Shown here piece by piece: positions 18,569-25,082 of a stretch of 64,000 nucleotides of DNA. Positions within the stretch are counted from its first letter, which is position 1, and the number at the start of each line of letters is the position of its first letter. Source of the DNA: an uncultured Myxococcales bacterium (GTDB taxonomy: Bacteria; Myxococcota; B64-G9). A program made the position numbers and the translations under genes. The stretch covers positions 50 through 64,049 of the forward strand of contig CAZWFN010000016.1 of NCBI GenBank assembly GCA_964633205.1, given 5' to 3'. The notes under the pieces are model-generated. The model was not told where the DNA came from. It did not search any database and worked only from the letters and a program-made list of their open reading frames with translations.

Positions 18569-19072
18569 TCAGCCGGATTCCAGGTCGAACTCCTGGTAGT
18601 CGAAGTAGAAGCCCATGCCCTGTAGGTGGTCCAGCTCGGCCCGGACCAGTGCCAGGTGGCCCTGTTCGATCTCGACGAAGGGCTCGAACAGCTCGGCCTG
18701 CGCGGGCGGCAGCTCGGCCACCACCCGCTTGTAGAAATCTGAGGTCTGCTGCTCGACCTCCAGCGCACGGGTGGCCAGGTCGATCTCGTCCGGGCACTCC
18801 TTCTGCTCCAGCGGCTGCTTGAGCTTCATCACGCCGGCCTCGATCTTGACCCGCGGTGGTACCGCCGAGCGCAGCTTGGTCGGATTCACCCGCCCGTCGC
18901 GCTTCCACTCGTCGAGCATCTGCTGCAGGGTGTCCAGGTGCTGCTGCTCCTCGTCGGCCAGCACGGAGAAGACCCGGCGGCCCTTGGTGTCGCCGCAGTC
19001 GGCCGCGGCCTGCCGGTAGACGTCGCGCACCTTGGTCTCGTACTCCATGGCGGTTCGGATGGCTTGCTCCAT
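18569..19072 (-). CDS. Ferritin-like/rubrerythrin-family protein
   Basis: MEQAIRTAMEYETKVRDVYRQAA...EEQQHLDTLQ...EQQTSDFYKRV...EQGHLALV: two ferritin-like half-sites. Confidence 0.65.
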   Translation of the reverse strand: MEQAIRTAMEYETKVRDVYRQAAADCGDTKGRRVFSVLADEEQQHLDTLQQMLDEWKRDGRVNPTKLRSAVPPRVKIEAGVMKLKQPLEQKECPDEIDLATRALEVEQQTSDFYKRVVAELPPAQAELFEPFVEIEQGHLALVRAELDHLQGMGFYFDYQEFDLESG

Positions 19073-19143
19073 GTCCACGGCGGTGCTCCCTTCGTCAGCC
19101 GGCCGGCCCGGGGGATGCCCGGGCCGGCCGGAAAACCATTGGC

Positions 19144-19665
19144 TCAGGCTTCCTCTCCACCCGTGGTGGGAATGGCGACCTGGCGTTGGCTGAGCTCGCG
19201 ATCGAGCATCAGCACGCCGTGGCCGTGCTCGCCGACCAGCTCGAGGTTGTCCACGATGCGCGAGACGCTCGATTCCTCCTCGACCTGCTCGTCGACGAAC
19301 CATTCCAGGAAGGTCCGCGCCGGCCGATCCTTGGCCTCCTCGCTCAGGCCGACCAGCTCGTCGATCTTGCCGCTGATGAAGCGCTCGTGCTCCAACGCGT
19401 CCTTGAAGGCCTCCAGCGGCGTCTCCCAACGGGTCTTCTTGATTCCCAGCGGTTGCATGGTCACCGCGCCGCCGCGATCCAGGATGTGATCCATGAAGCG
19501 CTGGGCGTGGCCCATCTCCTCCACCGCCTGCGAGCGCATCCACTGGGCCATGCCGTCGAGGGAGCGTTCCTGGAACCAGGCGGACATGGCGAAGTAGAGG
19601 TAGGCCGATTCGGCCTCGTACTTGATCTGGTCGTTGAAGGCCTGCTTGACCTTGTCGTCGATCAT
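19144..19665 (-). CDS. Non-heme ferritin (Ftn family)
   Basis: MIDDKVKQAFNDQIKYEAESAYLYFAMSAWF...AVEEMGHAQRFMDHI...ALEHERFISGKIDEL is the bacterial ferritin pattern. Confidence 0.8.
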   Translation of the reverse strand: MIDDKVKQAFNDQIKYEAESAYLYFAMSAWFQERSLDGMAQWMRSQAVEEMGHAQRFMDHILDRGGAVTMQPLGIKKTRWETPLEAFKDALEHERFISGKIDELVGLSEEAKDRPARTFLEWFVDEQVEEESSVSRIVDNLELVGEHGHGVLMLDRELSQRQVAIPTTGGEEA

Positions 19666-19713
19666 CGCGTCTCTCCTTTCCGCCGACCGGGGTGGTTGGC
19701 GCGAGCGGGCGGT

Positions 19714-20229
19714 CTATCCGACCAGCTCGCGGACCGCCCGCAGGACGGCGTCGTAGTCCGGCTCGTGGCCGATATCGGGCACCAGCTGGACGTAGCGGAT
19801 CACGTCATCGGCGTCGATGACGAATACCGATCGGGCCAGCAACCGCAGCTCGGGGATCAGCATGCCGTAAGCGCTGCCGAATGCGGCCTGGCGGTGATCC
19901 GACAGCACGAGCAGCCGCTCGCTGCCGGTGGCGGCGCACCAGCGCTCCAAGGCGAACGGCAGGTCCATGCTGATGGCCAACAGCTGCAGCGCTTCGTCGA
20001 AAGCGGTGATCTTGTGATCGAATCGGCGGGCCTCGCGATCGCCGATCGGGGTGTCCAGCGATGGCAGCGACAGCAGCACCCGCGGCCGGCCCGCCAGCGT
20101 GCCGAGACGAAACGGACGGGCCTGCGGATCGAGCGCGGTGAAGTCGGGGGCCTTGTCGCCCACCTGCAGCTCGTCTCCGCCCAGGGCCAGCGTTCGACCC
20201 TGCTGGGTCACTGTGCGTTCGGTGCTCAC
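19714..20229 (-). CDS. tpx: Thiol peroxidase (Tpx)-family protein with Gly at the peroxidatic Cys position
   Basis: Aligns along its length with E. coli Tpx (KAPDFTA..., ISMDLPFALERWCAATG resolving-Cys region, EPDYDAVLRAV). SLDTPIGD replaces SIDTGVCA. Codons checked on the DNA at 20041-20055. Confidence 0.7.
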   Translation of the reverse strand: MSTERTVTQQGRTLALGGDELQVGDKAPDFTALDPQARPFRLGTLAGRPRVLLSLPSLDTPIGDREARRFDHKITAFDEALQLLAISMDLPFALERWCAATGSERLLVLSDHRQAAFGSAYGMLIPELRLLARSVFVIDADDVIRYVQLVPDIGHEPDYDAVLRAVRELVG

Positions 20230-20256
20230 CGCGCACCCCCCGATCGAAATCGCCGC

Positions 20257-20724
20257 TCAGTTCTCGGTCAATACCTGCTCGTCGTACTCCATCTCGAAGC
20301 GCAGCTTGTGCTTGGCCTCCTCCTGGGCCAGACCCTGCAGCAGCCCCTGCAACGCGGCATCCTCGGCCACGTTGGCCAGCTCGGTGTAGAGGCGGAACGA
20401 GGCCTTCTCCTTCTTCATGGCCAGGATCAGCGCATCCTGGTAGTCCATGTTGGGCGTCGGTTCGGCGTCGACCAGGTACTCGCCGATCTTCAGGTCCAGC
20501 ACCTTGCCCGCCGGCAAGCCGGTGGCGCCGCCCTGCTTGACGTTTTGCAGCTTGGCCTTGTGCCCTTGCTCCTCCTTGGCGAAGTCCTCGAACACCTTCT
20601 TCATCCAGGGCCGGTCGAGCTTGCTGGCCAGGTCGGTGTAGAAGGCGGCCGCCTTCTCCTCTTCGGAGATGGCGAAGTCGAGGATTTCATCCACCGAGTT
20701 GAACTGCTTCATCTTCTCCTCCAT
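20257..20724 (-). CDS. Ferritin-like (rubrerythrin/erythrin family) protein
   Basis: EEEKAAAFYTDLASK...FAKEEQGHKAKL...MKKEKASFRLYTELA...AQEEAKHKLRFE: two ExxH motifs. Confidence 0.65.
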   Translation of the reverse strand: MEEKMKQFNSVDEILDFAISEEEKAAAFYTDLASKLDRPWMKKVFEDFAKEEQGHKAKLQNVKQGGATGLPAGKVLDLKIGEYLVDAEPTPNMDYQDALILAMKKEKASFRLYTELANVAEDAALQGLLQGLAQEEAKHKLRFEMEYDEQVLTEN

Positions 20725-20754
20725 TGGTTCGGGTCGTTCGGGTTGATCGATCGC

Positions 20755-21957
20755 TCATGCGTTGGAACGCCAGGCGTGATCGATGCAGGCCGAGGGGGTG
20801 CCATCCGCCTCGACAAAGGGTGACAGATCGCGCAGGCGATCGACGATGCCGGGCATGTGCTCGAGCACCGTATCGATCTCCGGTTCCGTCGTGTAGCGGC
20901 TCAGGCTGAATCGGATCGAGCCGTGGGCCGCGGTGAAGGGCACGCCCATGGCCCGCAGCACGTGCGAGGGCTCCAACGAGCCCGAGGTGCAGGCCGAGCC
21001 GGACGAGGCGGCGATGCCCAGATCGTCGAGCATGATCAACACCGACTCGCCCTCGATGTACTCGAAGGAGATGTTCAGGGTATTGGGCAAGCGGTGCTTG
21101 CCGTTGATCACCGGCCCCTTGCAGTTTCGCTCCAGGCCTTGCTGCAGCTTGTCGCGCAATGCCCGCACCCGGCTGTTCTCCTCGCCGATCTGGCCGGCGG
21201 CCATCTCGGCGGCCTGGCCCAGCCCCACGATGGCGGCCGTGTTCTCGGTGCCGGCGCGGCGGCCGCCCTCCTGGTGGCCGCCGATGATCAGCGGCACCAG
21301 CTTGGTGCCCTTGCGCACGTAGAGCGCGCCGATGCCCTTGGGCGCGTGCAGCTTGTGGCCGGAGATGGTCAGCATGTCGACCGGGGTGTTGGCCATGTCG
21401 AGCGGCAGCTTGCCGGCCGCCTGCACCCCATCGGTGTGGAACAGCACGCCCTGGGCGCGGCACATGGCGGCGATGCGCTCAATGGGGAACAACACGCCGG
21501 TCTCGTTGTTGGCCCACATGATGGTCACCAGCGCGGTCTCCGGGGTCAGGTGCTGCTCGAAGAAATCCATGTCGAGCCCACCGTCGCGGTCGACCGGTAC
21601 CTCGGTCACCTTGTAGCCGCGCTTGGCCAGGTGCTGCAGCAGGCCGCGCACGGCCGGGTGCTCGACGCGGCTGGTGATGACCTGGCGCTTCTTGCCGGGC
21701 ATGGCTTCGAGCGCGCCGCGGATGGCCGTATTGTCGCCCTCGGAACCGCCGCTGGTGAACACGATCTCGTCGGGGCGCGCCCCCAGCAGCCCGGCCACCT
21801 GCTCGCGGGCGCGGGTCAGGTGCTTGCCCACCCGGCCGCCGAAGTGGTGGATGGAGGAGGGGTTGCCGTACAGCTCGGTCCAGAAGGGCTGCATGGCCTC
21901 GACCACCTCGGGCGCCACCATGGTGGTGGCGTTGTTGTCCAGGTAGATGTTTTTCAT
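20755..21957 (-). CDS. nifS: Cysteine desulfurase NifS
   Basis: MKNIYLDNNATT...FTSGGSEGDNTAIRG...ISGHKLHAPKGIGALYVRKG (PLP Lys)...SSGSACTSGSLEPSHVLRAMG (active Cys loop). ATG at 21957 overlaps nifU. Confidence 0.85.
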   Translation of the reverse strand: MKNIYLDNNATTMVAPEVVEAMQPFWTELYGNPSSIHHFGGRVGKHLTRAREQVAGLLGARPDEIVFTSGGSEGDNTAIRGALEAMPGKKRQVITSRVEHPAVRGLLQHLAKRGYKVTEVPVDRDGGLDMDFFEQHLTPETALVTIMWANNETGVLFPIERIAAMCRAQGVLFHTDGVQAAGKLPLDMANTPVDMLTISGHKLHAPKGIGALYVRKGTKLVPLIIGGHQEGGRRAGTENTAAIVGLGQAAEMAAGQIGEENSRVRALRDKLQQGLERNCKGPVINGKHRLPNTLNISFEYIEGESVLIMLDDLGIAASSGSACTSGSLEPSHVLRAMGVPFTAAHGSIRFSLSRYTTEPEIDTVLEHMPGIVDRLRDLSPFVEADGTPSACIDHAWRSNA

Positions 21958-22841
21958 GATGCCTCCTCCTCGAGCGCCTCCTGCTCGACCACCTCGAGGT
22001 TCTCGTCGACGAACTCGCGCAGCTTGGTCTGGACCACGGTGGACAGGGTGAAGTTGGCCACCTTGCACGAGGCGCAGGTGCCGCGCAGGCTGACGATGAC
22101 GTCGTCGCCGTCGAGATCGATCAGCTCGATGTCGCCGCCGTCCTTCTGCAGCTGGGGCCGGATCTCGCGATCGATGGTCTCCTGGATGAGCTGGATCTTC
22201 TGGATGTTGGTCAGCTTCTTGCGCTTGGGCTCGGCCGGCGGGGCCGCCTCCGCCTCCGCCTTCTCGGCCTTGACGGTCTCCAGGATCTCGGCGATCTGAT
22301 CCTGGCAGCCGCCGCAGCCGCCGCCGGCCTTGGTGTAGTTGGTCACCTCTTCGATGGTGGTCAGGCCGTTTTCGCGGATGGCGCGCTCGATCTCGATCCG
22401 GGTCACCCCGAAGCAGACGCAGACCACGTCGACGTCCTGCTTGGGTTGATCGGCCGGGACGCGACCTTCCTTCTTGGCCCGGTAGTCATCGATGGCGGCC
22501 AGCAGCGCGTCGCGGCCCATCACCGAGCAATGCATCTTCTGCTCCGGCAGGCCACCGAGGTAGTCGGCGATCTCCTTGTTGGTGATGCGGGCGGCCTCGT
22601 CCAGGGTCTTGCCCTTGACCAGCTCGGACAGAGCCGAGGAGGAGGCGATGGCCGAGGCGCAGCCGAAGGTCTGGAACTTCACCTCCTGGATGCGCTCCTG
22701 CGCGTCGACCTTGAGCATCAGCTTCAGCGCATCGCCGCAGGCCAGCGAGCCGACCAGCCCGGTGCCGTCCGGGTTTTCGATGGCACCCACGTTGCGTGGG
22801 TTGCGGAAGTGCTCCATCACCTTTTCGTTGTAGTCCCACAT
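21954..22841 (-). CDS. nifU: Full-length NifU Fe-S scaffold (IscU-like N-domain, central [2Fe-2S] domain, C-terminal Nfu domain)
   Basis: MWDYNEKVMEHFRNPRNVG...GSLACGDALKL...FGCASAIASS, central CGGC, C-terminal CASC. Confidence 0.85.
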   Translation of the reverse strand: MWDYNEKVMEHFRNPRNVGAIENPDGTGLVGSLACGDALKLMLKVDAQERIQEVKFQTFGCASAIASSSALSELVKGKTLDEAARITNKEIADYLGGLPEQKMHCSVMGRDALLAAIDDYRAKKEGRVPADQPKQDVDVVCVCFGVTRIEIERAIRENGLTTIEEVTNYTKAGGGCGGCQDQIAEILETVKAEKAEAEAAPPAEPKRKKLTNIQKIQLIQETIDREIRPQLQKDGGDIELIDLDGDDVIVSLRGTCASCKVANFTLSTVVQTKLREFVDENLEVVEQEALEEEAS

Positions 22842-23274
22842 GTCTGTCCAGCCTCCGTGGCGCCCCGAGCGAAGGGCGCGTCATCCAGGGCCCGCCTCGC
22901 CCGTGGCGTAGGATCTCGCCTGCCGCCGCCGCGCCCGTCCTGTCCGCTTTGGTCGCTGCTCATCCCGCATGCCCATTCAAGGCTCAACGAGCATGCCATT
23001 GCCGACCAAGCTTTCCAAGTACATCTTTGTCTTGCTACTACAGCGACTTGATCCCGATGGCGGCTGCGCCTCCTTCCTGCCGCCAGTCGCTGAAGCGCTT
23101 CCAGCCACCACCTCCCGTGGGGGCCAGCCCCACCGTTTCGAAAGCGCAATGTGGTATCGACAGGCGGCCTCGTCAACAGATCCGAAAGCCGACAGATTGA
23201 ATCTCGAATCTGGATTTCGGGTACATATTCTGCTAGTGCTCGCTGGATGGTGCCGCGAACGTCGGGGGCTGCTC

Positions 23275-24132
23275 ATGGATGAAAACCTGCTGCTGGCCTT
23301 CGGCCTGACGACCCTTGCCGGTCTGTCGACCGGCATCGGCAGCGCCCTGGCCTTCTTCACCCGCCGCACCAACACCCGCTTCCTCTCGGCCAGCCTGGGC
23401 TTTTCGGCCGGGGTGATGATCTACGTCTCCTTCGTCGAGATCCTGCCCAAGGCCATCGACGCCATCGCCGCCGAGCACCCCGCGGCCAGCGCCACCCGGC
23501 TGGGCACGGCCGGCTTTTTCGCCGGCATGCTGCTGATCGCGGTCATCGATCGCCTGATCCCCAGCTACGAGAATCCGCACGAGGCCCGGCAGGTCGAGCA
23601 GCTGCGCGAGTGCGCCGGGGATGGGGCCGCGGCGGCCGGCATGCCGGGGGCCATCGTCGAGGCCGGCCAGCAGGACGGCCGGCGCCTGCTGCGCATGGGC
23701 ATGTTGTCGGCGCTGGCCATCGCCATCCACAACTTCCCGGAAGGCCTGGCCACCTTTGCCGCCGTGCTGGACGATCCGGCCATCGGGCTGTCGATCGCGG
23801 TGGCCATCGCCATCCACAACATCCCCGAGGGCATCGCGGTGTCGGTGCCGATCTTCTACGCCACCGGCAGCCGCAAGAAGGCCTTCTGGCTGTCGTTTTT
23901 GTCCGGCCTGAGCGAGCCGCTGGGGGCGCTGATCGGCTTTCTTTTGCTGCAAGCCGTGTTCACCCCGATGGTGTTCGGCTTCGTGTTCGCCGGCGTGGGC
24001 GGGATCATGGTGTTCATCTCGATCGACGAGCTGTTCCCGGCCGCGCGCGAGTACGGCCACGGCCACCTGGCCATCTACGGCCTGGTGGTCGGCATGGCGG
24101 TGATGGCCGTCAGCCTGCTGCTGTTCTTGTAG
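23275..24132 (+). CDS. zupT: Zinc transporter ZupT (ZIP family)
   Basis: MDENLLLAFGLTTLAGLSTGIG...AIAIHNFPEGLA...AIAIHNIPEGIAVSVPI: ZIP-family HNxPEG motifs. Confidence 0.85.
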   Translation: MDENLLLAFGLTTLAGLSTGIGSALAFFTRRTNTRFLSASLGFSAGVMIYVSFVEILPKAIDAIAAEHPAASATRLGTAGFFAGMLLIAVIDRLIPSYENPHEARQVEQLRECAGDGAAAAGMPGAIVEAGQQDGRRLLRMGMLSALAIAIHNFPEGLATFAAVLDDPAIGLSIAVAIAIHNIPEGIAVSVPIFYATGSRKKAFWLSFLSGLSEPLGALIGFLLLQAVFTPMVFGFVFAGVGGIMVFISIDELFPAAREYGHGHLAIYGLVVGMAVMAVSLLLFL

Positions 24133-24176
24133 GCCAGCCGCGGACCGAAGCCCCCGCGGGAGCCAGGTGGCGCGAT

Positions 24177-24680
24177 TCAGGCGAAACGCTCGAAGCGGTC
24201 CTGGTCCACGTAGCAGACCGGGCACTTCAGCGGCGGCTGGGGCCGGGCGCACAAATAGCCGCAGACCCGGCAGCGCCACACCGGCAGCTTGCCGGCGGCG
24301 AAGGGGCCGCCCTCGGTGTCGGCTCTGTCCTTGTTCTGCGGCCGCTCGGCCGCATCGGTGGGGCGCCGTTCCGGGATGGAGCCGATCTTCTGCTCGCCCG
24401 CGACCACCGCCTGGCTGACGTACAGCGCGCAGTAGCAGGTGCCGTGGTCCTCCAGGTCCGGATCGCGGTAGTCGCAGGGACAGATGATGTCCAGGTCCCG
24501 CTGCCGCTCGCCGTCGAGGTCGCGGCAGGGGCAGCCGAAGTAGCCGTAGCGCTGCTGGTTGGTCTGCAGCCCCTCCATCAGGTCGAGCACCATCTCCTCG
24601 TCCGGGTTGAGGAAGTAGCCGCCCTCGCGCGCCTCTTTGGCGAAGCGCTGCATCAGCTCGCGGGCCTGTTCGCGGCTCAT
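24177..24680 (-). CDS. Ferredoxin:thioredoxin reductase catalytic-subunit-like domain fused to a C-terminal rubredoxin-type zinc/iron ribbon
   Basis: YFGCPCRDLDGERQRDLDIICPCDYRDPDLEDHGTCYCALY is the CPC-x16-CPC-xn-CxC FTR catalytic motif. C-terminal WRCRVCGY...CPVC is rubredoxin-like. Confidence 0.7.
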   Translation of the reverse strand: MSREQARELMQRFAKEAREGGYFLNPDEEMVLDLMEGLQTNQQRYGYFGCPCRDLDGERQRDLDIICPCDYRDPDLEDHGTCYCALYVSQAVVAGEQKIGSIPERRPTDAAERPQNKDRADTEGGPFAAGKLPVWRCRVCGYLCARPQPPLKCPVCYVDQDRFERFA

Positions 24681-24937
24681 AGCCCCAACAGCTCCCGCAT
24701 GCGGTCCTCGTCGTAGCCCACCACCACCTGGTCGCCGATGATCAGGGTGGGGTAGGAGCGCCGCGGGTTGACCTCGGCCACCGCGGCCCGGGCCTTTTCC
24801 TTCTCCTCGCCCTCGAGCTGATCCACGTCGGTGACCTCGGCCGGTACCTTGTTCTGTTCCAGAAAGCGCTTGGTGCGCCGGCACCAGCCGCAGGTGCTGA
24901 TGGCGTAGAGTTTGACTTGCTCGGCCATGACTTCCAC
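24677..24937 (-). CDS. Glutaredoxin/NrdH-like small thioredoxin-fold protein
   Basis: 86 aa. KLYAISTCGWCRRTKRFL (CxxC). TLIIGDQVVVGYD is the Grx-like motif. Overlaps the FTR-like gene by 4 nt. Confidence 0.6.
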   Translation of the reverse strand: MEVMAEQVKLYAISTCGWCRRTKRFLEQNKVPAEVTDVDQLEGEEKEKARAAVAEVNPRRSYPTLIIGDQVVVGYDEDRMRELLGL

Positions 24938-25082
24938 TCCCTGGTCTTCGGGTTCGATGGCGTCCCCCCGGCTGGACGCAGCAGCGGGGACCGCCCGGCA
25001 CGCCGTCCGGCTCGCCGTTCAGCTTAAGCATGCCCCTATGGTGCTGACAAGACCGGGGGTGCGGAATGATCCCTGCTTCGAT

